Notes under the pieces: generated by a model
The model's input: only the letters and a program-made list of their open reading frames with translations
What the model was told of the DNA's origin: nothing
Database searches by the model: none
NCBI GenBank assembly: GCA_963715335.1
Contig: CAVQRZ010000028.1
Span: 1-64,000 of the forward strand
Direction: 5' to 3'
Origin: an uncultured delta proteobacterium
Lineage (GTDB): Bacteria > Desulfobacterota > Desulfuromonadia > Desulfuromonadales > BM103
Length of the DNA: 64,000 nt
Shown: positions 1 through 8,710 of the stretch, in pieces
Numbering within the stretch: the stretch's first letter is position 1
How the letters are laid out: every line of letters begins with the position of its first letter
Translations under genes and position numbers: made by a program

Positions 1-1
1 C

Positions 2-1090
2 GTCACGTACGATGAGCAAGATCCGCGCAAGTTCGTGAAACACTTCAGTCGCAATGGCCGGGCATTACTGACCGCACTCTATGCTTTCGGGGTCGCGGAG
101 ACCGTCGAGTTTTTTGCCGGTCATGGAGTCCCGCTCAAGGTTGAGCGCGGTGGGCGCATCTTTCCAGAGAGCGGCCTTGCCGAAGACGTGCAGAAGGCCT
201 TGGTCGACTTTGTGCGTGGCGAGGGGGTTGAGATCCGCACGGGGTGCGAGGTCAAAGGTCTCCTGGTCGACGCAGAGCGGGTTCGCGAAATTGAGACATC
301 CGACGGTAATTTCGCCGCGGACAAGGTTATCCTTGCTACAGGCGGTCTGTCTTACCCGGAAACCGGCTGTACCGGAGACGGCTACGCCTGGGCGCAGGAT
401 TGCGGCCACCAGCTGGTCAAGCCTGAGCCGGCCCTGATGCCGGTCAAACTGAAAGAACGCTGGACCTCCGAAGTCAGCAGATTTAACCTCAAGAACGTCC
501 GGATTACCCTGTTTGTTGACGGCAAGCAGGTCGACGAACGCTTCGGCGAAGCCTTTTTTACCCGTTCAGGTATCGGCGGACCGATCGTGCTCGACCTGAG
601 CAGTCGTATCCGCGATGCACTGAAGCAGGGCAAGGTAAAGCTGCAGCTCGATTTCAAACCGGCTGTCGTCGCCGAGCTGTTCGACAAGCGTTTGCAGCGG
701 GAACTGGCCGAGCACAGCAACCTGGATTTCGGTAACTCCCTCGGCAAGCTTTTGCCTCGCGACTTGATCCCGATCTTTGTCAGGCTGGCCGGAATCGATC
801 CTGCCAAGAAATGTCATTCGGTGACCCGCACGGAGCGACAGCGCCTGCTGAAGCTTTTCAAGGAGATGGATCTAGAAGTGACCGGCTGCGCAGGCTTTCG
901 GCGCGCGATCATCACTTCCGGAGGCGTTTCCCTCAAGGATATCGACATGCGCAGCATGCGTTCGAAGAAAATCTCAAACCTGTTCTTTGCCGGTGAGATC
1001 GTCGACCTGGACGGCCCCACCGGCGGTTTCAACCTGCAGGTCTGCTGGTCGACCGGCTACCTGGCCGGTCTTAAAGCCGCAGAGGAATAG
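2..1090 (+). CDS. HI0933/YhiN (BaiN-like) family flavoprotein, 5'-partial
   Basis: Motifs ILATGGLSYPETGCTGDGY, AIITSGGV and FFAGEIVDLDGPTGGFNLQ; the frame is open to the window edge and the N-terminal FAD-binding motif lies upstream. Confidence 0.9.
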   Translation, partial: VTYDEQDPRKFVKHFSRNGRALLTALYAFGVAETVEFFAGHGVPLKVERGGRIFPESGLAEDVQKALVDFVRGEGVEIRTGCEVKGLLVDAERVREIETSDGNFAADKVILATGGLSYPETGCTGDGYAWAQDCGHQLVKPEPALMPVKLKERWTSEVSRFNLKNVRITLFVDGKQVDERFGEAFFTRSGIGGPIVLDLSSRIRDALKQGKVKLQLDFKPAVVAELFDKRLQRELAEHSNLDFGNSLGKLLPRDLIPIFVRLAGIDPAKKCHSVTRTERQRLLKLFKEMDLEVTGCAGFRRAIITSGGVSLKDIDMRSMRSKKISNLFFAGEIVDLDGPTGGFNLQVCWSTGYLAGLKAAEE

Positions 1091-1141
1091 ACTGGCTCCC
1101 GGCTGTCCGGGATGCTGACAAAATTCAGATTTCATATATAG

Positions 1142-1183
1142 AGAGTGCAACAGATGGTTCATCTGTTGCACTCTTTCTTTTCT
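1142..1183 (+). terminator. Perfect 14-bp hairpin plus T-rich tail (terminator or REP-like palindrome)
   Basis: AGAGTGCAACAGAT-ggttc-ATCTGTTGCACTCT followed by TTCTTTTCT, about 50 nt after the stop. Confidence 0.65.
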
Positions 1184-1193
1184 TGAAATGCGT

Positions 1194-1615
1194 AAAAGCA
1201 AAACCGGCGGGTCGCGTCCCGCCCGACGCCATACTTTTGTCCGGCAACAAAAGTATGCAAAAGTGCCTTCTCCTTGCGGAGGGCATCTCCTCTGCCAGAT
1301 TTCTGTGACTTCAACAACCTTTACTGATGGGGATCCGGCCCTGTGTCAAAGGGCCTGACCTTGCCGTGTGATTGACAAGGGAAAAGCCAAAACAACCTCT
1401 ACCGATGCAAGCCTCCACAAAAGGAGAGGCTCTCAAGAGCCTCGGCTCCTGCGGGGGAAGCGTAGGCTCTTGATCGTTTAGAACGATCCGGATTGAGGTT
1501 GCCGCCTTGACGAACCAGACATGCCCAGCGCAGCGCAGGCCCTTTTCTGCTTACTCTTTTGGGCCAGCAAAAGAGTAAGGCGCAGTCGGGGGGCGCAACC
1601 CCCGGGTTTGCTTTT
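1194..1615. mobile_element. Non-coding MITE-like element with long imperfect terminal inverted repeats
   Basis: Left end AAAAGCAAAACCGGCGGG..CATACTTTTGT-ccggca-ACAAAAGTATG..AAAAGTGCC mirrors right end GGCCCTTTT..CTTACTCTTTTG-ggccag-CAAAAGAGTAAG..CCCCCGGGTTTGCTTTT; no credible ORF inside. Confidence 0.6.
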
Positions 1616-1646
1616 GTCTTTGAATTCCAGAGTACAATAGAAAAGG

Positions 1647-1671
1647 GCAACAGATTAACCCTCTGTTGCAC
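1647..1671. repeat. Second copy of the GCAACAGA..TCTGTTGC palindrome
   Basis: GCAACAGA-ttaaccc-TCTGTTGCAC matches the core of the 1142-1174 hairpin. Confidence 0.55.
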
Positions 1672-1867
1672 TAAGATTCATAGCGCCCCATCGGCCAAAC
1701 CCAAAAAATCCCGCATTATGTGTAGGATCTGATCAACGATCTGAGGCCGGCCCACGGACTGCCCTTTGTTTATGGAAGCAAACCTGCTATAACTTATAAA
1801 CTTGTGAGTCACGCCAGAATGAACCTGGACTGAGTTAATCGTTTGCACCGATAAAAGGGAGGAAAAT

Positions 1868-2899
1868 ATGCAGGATTGGGGCCAGGGTCCCTCAAGCGAC
1901 GACCTGGAAAAGAAGGTCATCGAGATCAGGGACTATTTCAAGAACAAGTTCAACCCGCAAAAGGGTTTGCTGCCGATACTGGTCGTCGTTGTCCTGGTCG
2001 TTATCGGCGCCTACACCAGTATGTACGAAGTCGATACCGAAGAGACCGGTGTCGTCCTACGCTTCGGCAAGTTTTCCGGCTTCGCTGACCCCGGGCTGCA
2101 TTTCAAGCTGCCACTCGGCATTGACCGGGTGTACCTGGTGCAGACCGGTCGCGTCCTCAAGGAAGAGTTCGGTTTCCGCACGGTCACGCCGGATATCCGT
2201 TCGACTTTCACCAAGGGTGGTCTGGAAGAGGAATCCCTGACCCTGACCGGCGATCTTAACGTCAGTGATGTCGAGTGGATTGTGCAGTTCCAGATTTCCG
2301 ACCCCTTCAAGTTTATCTTCCGTATCAAGGATCCGGTTGATACCATCCGTGACATTTCTGAAGCGATGGTGCGCAAGGCGATCGGCAATGCCAACGTCAC
2401 CGAGGTCCTGACCACCGAGCGTGCCCAGCTTGCGAGTGACATTGAACGAGACCTGCAAGCCACTCTCAACCAGTACGATATTGGTGTGCGGATCGTTACG
2501 GTCAAATTTCAGGACGTGACCCCGCCTGACCCGGTCAAGGCGGCCTACAACGAGGTCAACGAGTCTGAACAACAGAGGGAGAGCCTGATTTTCCAGGCGC
2601 GCGAGCAGTACAACCGAGAAGTTCCGCGTGCCCGTGGCGAGGCAAAGCAAGCCCTGCAGGAGGCGGAAGGCTATGCTGTTGAGCGGGTCAACAAGGCGCG
2701 AGGCGAGACCAACAGGTTTTTGGCGCTGCTCACTGAATATCGCAAGGCCCCCTCGGTAACCCGCAGCCGAATCTACCTTGAAACGCTTGAAGAGGTATTG
2801 CCGAGACTCGAGGAAATCTACGTTATGGACGATAAAACCGGCGGGTTGCTGCCGTTGCTGCCGCTGCGCAAGGCAATGGAAGGAGGGGCCAAACAATGA
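1868..2899 (+). CDS. hflK: FtsH protease modulator HflK
   Basis: N-terminal TM, SPFH domain (GVVLRFGK, PGLHFKLP, LTGDLN), YRKAPSVTRSRIYLETLEEVL; RBS GGAGG. Confidence 0.95.
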   Translation: MQDWGQGPSSDDLEKKVIEIRDYFKNKFNPQKGLLPILVVVVLVVIGAYTSMYEVDTEETGVVLRFGKFSGFADPGLHFKLPLGIDRVYLVQTGRVLKEEFGFRTVTPDIRSTFTKGGLEEESLTLTGDLNVSDVEWIVQFQISDPFKFIFRIKDPVDTIRDISEAMVRKAIGNANVTEVLTTERAQLASDIERDLQATLNQYDIGVRIVTVKFQDVTPPDPVKAAYNEVNESEQQRESLIFQAREQYNREVPRARGEAKQALQEAEGYAVERVNKARGETNRFLALLTEYRKAPSVTRSRIYLETLEEVLPRLEEIYVMDDKTGGLLPLLPLRKAMEGGAKQ

Positions 2900-3828
2900 A
2901 AGCACCTGTGATCTTTTTTGTTGTCATTGCCCTGATTTTTGTCGGCATGGATGGCCTTTACGTGGTTAATGAAGCGGAGCAGGCAATCGTCACCCAGTTC
3001 GGTAAGCCGGTCGGTGATGTGGTCGGCTCGGGGCTGCATCTGAAAATGCCTTTCGTACAGAAAGTCACCCGTTTTGAAAAACGTATTCTGAAATGGGACG
3101 GCGACCCGAACCAGATCCCGACCAAGGACAAGCGCTTTATCTGGATCGATACCACGGCACGCTGGCGGATCAATGATCCGCTCCTGTTCTACACCACGGT
3201 TGCCACCGAGCGTGGCGCCATGAGCCGCCTCGACGATATCATCGACTCCGTGGTGCGTGATGCCGTCTCCGGGCGCTTGCTGGTGGAACTGGTCCGTGGT
3301 CGCGACTACCAGTCCCAGGCGGGTGGAGGAGAAGAGCGCTTTGAGGTTGAAGGTGTGGAAATTGCCAAGGAGAACCTGGTTGGCCGTGAGGAGATCATGG
3401 CCGGGATTCTCGAAAAGGCCCGAGCCAATACTCCTGAATACGGCATCGAACTGCTTGATGTCGTGATCAAGCGCATCAACTATGTCGAGCAGGTGCGGAC
3501 CCGGGTCTACGAGCGCATGATCAACGAGCGCAAGAAGGTCGCCGCCCAATACCGCTCGGAAGGCGAGGGCGAGAAGGCCGACATCCTCGGCCAGATGGAG
3601 CGTGAGCTCAAGAATATTAGTTCCGAAGCCTACCGCAAGGTGCTCGAGGTGCGCGGTGCCGCCGATGCCGAGGCTGCAGCAATATACGCAGAGGCATACA
3701 ACAAGGACAAGGAGTTCTACGCTTTCCTGCGGACACTCGAATCTTACAAGAAGTCGATTAAGGAGAACGGCCGTTTGGTGATCTCCACCGACTCAGACTA
3801 CTACAGGTACCTGAAACAGGCTCAGTAG
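2896..3828 (+). CDS. hflC: FtsH protease modulator HflC
   Basis: EQAIVTQFGKP, GLHLKMPF, VYERMINER, EFYAFLRTLESY; ATGA overlap with hflK. Confidence 0.95.
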   Translation: MKAPVIFFVVIALIFVGMDGLYVVNEAEQAIVTQFGKPVGDVVGSGLHLKMPFVQKVTRFEKRILKWDGDPNQIPTKDKRFIWIDTTARWRINDPLLFYTTVATERGAMSRLDDIIDSVVRDAVSGRLLVELVRGRDYQSQAGGGEERFEVEGVEIAKENLVGREEIMAGILEKARANTPEYGIELLDVVIKRINYVEQVRTRVYERMINERKKVAAQYRSEGEGEKADILGQMERELKNISSEAYRKVLEVRGAADAEAAAIYAEAYNKDKEFYAFLRTLESYKKSIKENGRLVISTDSDYYRYLKQAQ

Positions 3829-3843
3829 TCCTGGCTTGAGAAG

Positions 3844-4827
3844 ATGACGCTGAGTTCTCGTCAAACGTACCGTGATCTGCTCGACAAGCTGGTCACACAG
3901 GACGTCGGGCAATACGCTTTTGACGTGCCGCTGTCCGGCCACAATAGCTGGCAGATCGGCGGCCCGGCCGATCTGCTGGTTGAGCCCGACCGGGCTGAGC
4001 AGGTGGTCGCGGTTGTCCGCTTCGCCAGCCAGTTCCGGATTCCCCTGGTCGTCATCGGCCAGGGGACCAATCTGCTCTTTGACGATGCCGGCCTGCGCGG
4101 CGTCGTGCTCAAGCTGGGCGAGAATTTTTCCACCATCACAATCGAAGGCAACCACATCACCGCCGAGTCCGGAGCCTGGGTCCCGGGCTTGGCGCGCAAG
4201 GCGATGCTGGCCGGCCTGGCCGGGCTCGAGCACATAATCGGCATTCCCGGCACGATAGGCGGGCTGGTCCTGATGAACGGGGGCAGCCAACGCAAGGGCA
4301 TTGGGGAGAATGTGCGCCGGGTCCAGTTTGTCGACCGCGAGGGTGAGATGCGCGAGCTGAACCGTGAGGAGTGTATATTCTCCTACCGGAAGAGCGCCCT
4401 GCAGGGGATCGGCGCCGTGGTGGTCAAGGTTGAACTGGAATGCGAGCGCCTGGATTCACGGCGAATCCGTCGCATGATGCTTGATGACCTGCGCGAGCGT
4501 CGACGCAAGTTTCCACGCAAGGAGCCGAATTGCGGCTCGGTCTTTCTAAGCACCAGTGAAATGCACGCAAGTGTCGGCCCGCCCGGGAAAATTATCGAGG
4601 AGGCGGCTCTGAAGGGCTTTCGCATTGGCAATGCCGAAGTGTCGCATCAACATGCCAACTTCATCGTCAATCGTGGCGGGGCCACGTCCAGGAACGTGCT
4701 CGACCTGATCAGTCACATCCGCCGGACGGTCAAGGAAAGAATCAGTTTCGACCTTGACTGTGAAGTCCGTTATGTCAGCCCGACCGGGGACATTCTACCG
4801 GCGCACATGGCTGGTCGACAGAACTGA
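3844..4827 (+). CDS. murB: UDP-N-acetylenolpyruvoylglucosamine reductase
   Basis: IGGPAD, IGQGTNLL, GIPGTIGG, FSYRKS, NCGSVF, HANFIVN, final EV motifs. Confidence 0.9.
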   Translation: MTLSSRQTYRDLLDKLVTQDVGQYAFDVPLSGHNSWQIGGPADLLVEPDRAEQVVAVVRFASQFRIPLVVIGQGTNLLFDDAGLRGVVLKLGENFSTITIEGNHITAESGAWVPGLARKAMLAGLAGLEHIIGIPGTIGGLVLMNGGSQRKGIGENVRRVQFVDREGEMRELNREECIFSYRKSALQGIGAVVVKVELECERLDSRRIRRMMLDDLRERRRKFPRKEPNCGSVFLSTSEMHASVGPPGKIIEEAALKGFRIGNAEVSHQHANFIVNRGGATSRNVLDLISHIRRTVKERISFDLDCEVRYVSPTGDILPAHMAGRQN

Positions 4828-5221
4828 TTGCCTCTACACCAGCCCCGACCTGTTCCACCCATTCCAGCACTTCGGTCAGTCGAAAAGGTTTTCTGATCAC
4901 ATGCAGACCTTCTCCCATGATCTGTCTCTCCTCCTCATCGGTTATGGCGCTGCTCATGATTGCCTTGTTGCACAATGGGATTTTACAGCCATTTTCAGAC
5001 AAACCGGTCAGGGCTTCGACGACGGACAAAGTGGGCCTTTTCATGTTGACAATGACCGCATCGGCACAAGCCGTGCTAGACGGGCACTGGTTGTCACCGA
5101 GGAGATTGAAGGAACAGATGTGTGGTTCGGGGAAGGCCCGGACCTTGTGACCATGATTGGTCAGGAGGGTTTTCAGTCTCTCCAGGGTTGATATGTCGTT
5201 GTCGAAGATAGTGACTTTCAC
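4775..5221 (-). CDS. Atypical single-domain response regulator (Cys-rich insert, Asn at the phosphoacceptor position)
   Basis: Receiver fold pattern VTIFDND..AVIVNMKRP..AIMSS..VIRKPF; likely GTG start 5221 (ORF track 5329); overlaps the murB 3' end. Confidence 0.7.
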   Translation of the reverse strand: MKVTIFDNDISTLERLKTLLTNHGHKVRAFPEPHICSFNLLGDNQCPSSTACADAVIVNMKRPTLSVVEALTGLSENGCKIPLCNKAIMSSAITDEEERQIMGEGLHVIRKPFRLTEVLEWVEQVGAGVEAISSVDQPCAPVECPRSG

Positions 5222-5461
5222 GGCGGTGTTCCCCGGATCAAAGCAAATGATATATACTTTTCTGCATTTTTCGGGCCTTTCCGTGTAACATGCTGAAATA
5301 ATAGAGTTGTAACTGTTTTCCTGGGGCACGTGGCCGCCAATTGACGGACTGTCACTTGTGCAGATCTCAGGGTTTCGGTGATTTGCCCAGATTTGTCCTG
5401 ATCATCGATTTCGGTGTATTATGAAGTCTCAATGCTGGTTGCGAACTGTCAGGATGATAAG

Positions 5462-5767
5462 ATGACCGCTCGAAATGAGATTATTCTGGAAACCGAAAGC
5501 GTCCGTGTCCGCATCATGTCCCTCGAAAACTGCGCAGCGACGGCGTGGCATTATCACACCGAGGTAACGGACAACATGTTCTGCCTGGACGGACCTATTG
5601 CCGTCGAATTCCGGAACCCCGGCGAGCGCATCGAACTCGTCAATGGCCAGCACTGTGATGTCTCTGTCAAACGGGTGCACAGAGTTGTCAACCTGAGTAC
5701 ACGGCAAGCTAAATATCTTTTGGTCCAGGGTATTGGACACTATGATTTTAACGTGGTGGAGGAATGA
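5462..5767 (+). CDS. Cupin domain protein
   Basis: WHYHTEVTD and HRVVN cupin motifs; probable ATG 5462 (ORF track 5414). Confidence 0.85.
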   Translation: MTARNEIILETESVRVRIMSLENCAATAWHYHTEVTDNMFCLDGPIAVEFRNPGERIELVNGQHCDVSVKRVHRVVNLSTRQAKYLLVQGIGHYDFNVVEE

Positions 5768-6017
5768 GGGGTGGGAATGTTGAATCGGTTTGTGATGTTA
5801 CTGTAGGGGATTTCCCTGGAACAAAGCGTTAATATTCAGTCCTCAGGGTTGAAAAGGGTGGCCTGTAAAGCCTGGTGTGATGCAGCCATTCAATTTAACA
5901 GTACTACAGAAAACCCCAACCTGCACAAACGGGAAGGGGACGATTTTGCTTCAGTAGTGATCTATAGAACCCCCCGAAATCCTCAAATTTAAGGCTTCTC
6001 TCATAGCCGGCCTGTTT

Positions 6018-6905
6018 TTAGAACTGAAAATTCAGAGTCATGGTCAGGTCGTTACGCAACTGGTTTGTGAGTGACAGGTTCCACTTCCGTGCGGCCTTTG
6101 TCGCCCCGTAGACGTTGCCAAGATAGAAAGGCAAGCCTATGCCGCCGACAATTCCAGCCAAGGCGTAGTTTTCATCGTCAATTGCGGCAACGGTTCCCGC
6201 GATAAACAGGCTGTTGACCAAGAAAGCCATGAGGCCGTCTTGGTAATGTTCCGCGTACATCTGCCCGCTACCAGGGATGACAGTGGACAATGCACCGGCC
6301 AGGGCCGGGGATTTCCTTGGCCGCGCTTCGTAAGCATCAAGAAGGCTGAATGAGTCCTGGATTTTGCTTGACCGCTCATCTTCAGGATAATTAACTCGGA
6401 AATTTATCAATTCGGACCGAGTTTTGGGGATGTCATCCTGTGCCGTAGCGTTCAGAATCAGACCAACATGAGCATTGACTGCGTCGGGGTGTTTTACGTC
6501 AAATAGACGGGCTCGTTCGTATGCCAGGGCCGCGGCGTCAGGCATGCCGAGTTTTTCATAACTCAGCCCCTCGTAAAAAGCTGCACTGCTGAAATAGCTG
6601 GACGCGTAGGTCTGTCGTACCTTGGCAAAGCTCTTTACTGCCGAAGCGTAATCTTTCCCCTTGTAATAGGCCGTGCCAATCTCGTAGAGGGCCTCCGGCA
6701 GGCGCGCTGAATCCGGGAAGAGAATAACCAGCTTTTTGTATTCCGTGATCGCTCTATAGTAGTCCCCCTCGGCCATAAAGGCGTTCCCCAAAACCATCTG
6801 GAGATCATCGGTGAGTTCAATCCCATGCGCTTCCCTCGCGGCATGCCCATGACAGAACAAAAGCAATAGCAGCAGGATTACAGGAAGGACGTTTTGTTTA
6901 CTCAT
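6018..6905 (-). CDS. Exported TPR protein with C-terminal hydrophobic TM2-like region
   Basis: Signal peptide, TPR repeats (GDYYRAITEY, ALYEIGTAYY), KSPALAGALSTVIPGSGQMY; probable ATG 6905. Confidence 0.8.
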   Translation of the reverse strand: MSKQNVLPVILLLLLLFCHGHAAREAHGIELTDDLQMVLGNAFMAEGDYYRAITEYKKLVILFPDSARLPEALYEIGTAYYKGKDYASAVKSFAKVRQTYASSYFSSAAFYEGLSYEKLGMPDAAALAYERARLFDVKHPDAVNAHVGLILNATAQDDIPKTRSELINFRVNYPEDERSSKIQDSFSLLDAYEARPRKSPALAGALSTVIPGSGQMYAEHYQDGLMAFLVNSLFIAGTVAAIDDENYALAGIVGGIGLPFYLGNVYGATKAARKWNLSLTNQLRNDLTMTLNFQF

Positions 6906-7353
6906 AGCTGGCTCGACTGGTTTTTTCGACCGGATCGTGCAAAGCCCCATTCGGCAACCGAGGATAATCCATGCCCGGCTCAGTCCAGTAACTGCAGCGC
7001 ATGAGACGATCAGCTGTCATGACGACTCCTGCGAAGGGGCCGTGTTCGTGAACTGCGTCGTAGCCAAACTGGGAACAAGTTGGCGAGAAGCTGCAACGTT
7101 GTCCATCGACCGGCGAAAGCCATTTCTGAAAGAATCGCACACTCCCTAATAAAGTGGAGCTTAGGATTGAAGATGGTGTGTCAGGACGAGGGGGCTGAGA
7201 TGTCGAGACCTGAATCCACTGTGGTGATTTCATGTCACGGGTCTCCAGGCCTTGTGCCGTGCAGGTTGTGCCATGCAAAAGCCAGAGGACAAGAAACCCC
7301 GCACAAAAACCGGCGGGGCTTCGCATGTATAAAGATTGAGTCAAACCATGCAT
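6898..7353 (-). CDS. YidD-family (membrane protein insertion efficiency factor-like) protein with N-terminal extension
   Basis: FQKWLSP..RCSFSPTCSQF..ADRLMRC..HDP signature; start uncertain (7353 or 7326). Confidence 0.8.
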   Translation of the reverse strand: MHGLTQSLYMRSPAGFCAGFLVLWLLHGTTCTAQGLETRDMKSPQWIQVSTSQPPRPDTPSSILSSTLLGSVRFFQKWLSPVDGQRCSFSPTCSQFGYDAVHEHGPFAGVVMTADRLMRCSYWTEPGMDYPRLPNGALHDPVEKTSRASYE

Positions 7354-7383
7354 GGCATCAGGTAGGAAAAGGATTAAATACGG

Positions 7384-7605
7384 CTAGTCAGCCTTAAGAA
7401 TCTTCTCTTTCGCCTTTTCAAATTCCTCGTCTGTGATAGCGCCTTGATCATGGGCGGCCTTAAGATCCTGTAGTTGCTGCCCGGCAGTAGCACCACCACC
7501 TTCAGGAGGAGCAACAACAACGGTCTCCTTGCCGCCGCCACAGCAGCCGGCCAAAACAACCGCCATGACAAGAATGACCAAACCACTAACGAGAGAGCGT
7601 TTCAT
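7384..7605 (-). CDS. Small lipoprotein with SHOCT domain
   Basis: Lipobox LAGC; QLQDLKAAHDQGAITDEEFEKAKEKIL; RBS AGGAGG. Confidence 0.85.
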   Translation of the reverse strand: MKRSLVSGLVILVMAVVLAGCCGGGKETVVVAPPEGGGATAGQQLQDLKAAHDQGAITDEEFEKAKEKILKAD

Positions 7606-7748
7606 TTGTAACCTCCTAAGGCAGATAAAGTATTATGGGGAACCGCTGGGATGGAACAGGCCACGATTTTCATAATAATGTGCAGTTCCATTTATGACAA
7701 GGGTTTTGGTTGGCTTGCTGTTTTCGGCTCGGCAGTGGTGATAAATAG

Positions 7749-7982
7749 TTAGATGTCTCTATATAACTCAAGCTGATTTCTCCCGTTCTCCTTGGCTCGA
7801 TAGAGTGCGTCGTCGGCCCGTTTAACAAGTTCCTCGTCAGAAAGGGCTGCCCCTGCGGCCATGGTTGCGACGCCAAGACTTAAGGTCACAACTTGCACGG
7901 GCAATGATTTCTCATGCGCAATCATGAGAGACTCAACAGCCGTTCTGATTTGCTCGGCAATATGTATAGATTCTCTCTGTTG
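7749..7982 (-). pseudogene. C-terminal remnant of a GGDEF diguanylate cyclase
   Basis: Manual translation IAEQIRTAVESLMIAHEKSLPVQVVTLSLGVAT..LVKRADDALYRAKENGRNQ; in-frame stop upstream at 7983-7985 and no GG(D/E)EF motif. Confidence 0.8.
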
Positions 7983-8178
7983 TTAATCCTCCCGCATTGT
8001 CAGCACAGCTTGAAAATACAAAATGCGACTGCCCCTGATTTCTCCGGCCATCAGGGATGCCAGAAGCCATCTGTAGAGAATCGCAGATCCCAGCCAATTA
8101 TCTCGCCAAATCACAATATCCCGCTTTTTCGCTTATAAACACCGCCATACCTAATAGTAAAATCAGGCACTTATGATA

Positions 8179-8194
8179 TGGCACGCAGAATGCA
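8179..8194 (+). promoter_or_regulatory. Putative sigma-54 (-24/-12) promoter
   Basis: TGGCACgcagaATGCA, GG-N10-GC spacing, about 110 nt before the DUF1328 gene. Confidence 0.55.
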
Positions 8195-8305
8195 TACTAA
8201 AGCAGTAATGTATGCGTGATTCAAAGTAGTATCTTGTTGGTCGGGAATATAATTGTTGATGCAGACAAATGCTAACAAGAAAGATCCCTGAGTGGAGGCA
8301 CAGCG

Positions 8306-8503
8306 ATGCAAACAAAAAGTAATACAGGGAAAAAATTAAGGTGGGACATGATTTTCTTCTTCAATGCTTTAGCTGCGGCGATATTCAGTTTCAGCGAGAT
8401 TGCTCCTGTTGCTGCCGGAGTCGCCAAGGGCTTTTGCTACATCTTTCTGATCTTTTTCGTGCTTTCCCTGTGTAATCTATTCTTAGAGAAAGCTTTAGAG
8501 TGA
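8306..8503 (+). CDS. DUF1328 (YtjA-like) small membrane protein
   Basis: LRWxxIFF..AAIFSFSEIA..AAGVAK..IFLIFFVLSL pattern; RBS GGAGG. Confidence 0.75.
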   Translation: MQTKSNTGKKLRWDMIFFFNALAAAIFSFSEIAPVAAGVAKGFCYIFLIFFVLSLCNLFLEKALE

Positions 8504-8538
8504 CATTCTTGCCACAACTACGCGAGAGGCAGGAATGG

Positions 8539-8573
8539 AGCAGCCCCCGGGAAGGCCGGGGGCTGCTTTTTTT
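8539..8573 (+). terminator. Intrinsic terminator
   Basis: AGCAGCCCCCGG-gaagg-CCGGGGGCTGCT plus T-run. Confidence 0.85.
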
Positions 8574-8710
8574 GAATTAAAGGGTGCCATGACTCTGCCT
8601 ACCAATAACACCCCCGTTTTCGACTTAGCAGTGGTTATGACTTAGACGTATTTTCAGTTTCTCGATAAGGTTTGTCATGGTGCTACCCAAGGTGTCCCAA
8701 TCGCCGCATA

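Noticed and set aside
1399..1671. 90-aa ORF inside the MITE-like element as a transposase
   Set aside because: No DDE or HUH motif; it runs through the palindromic end
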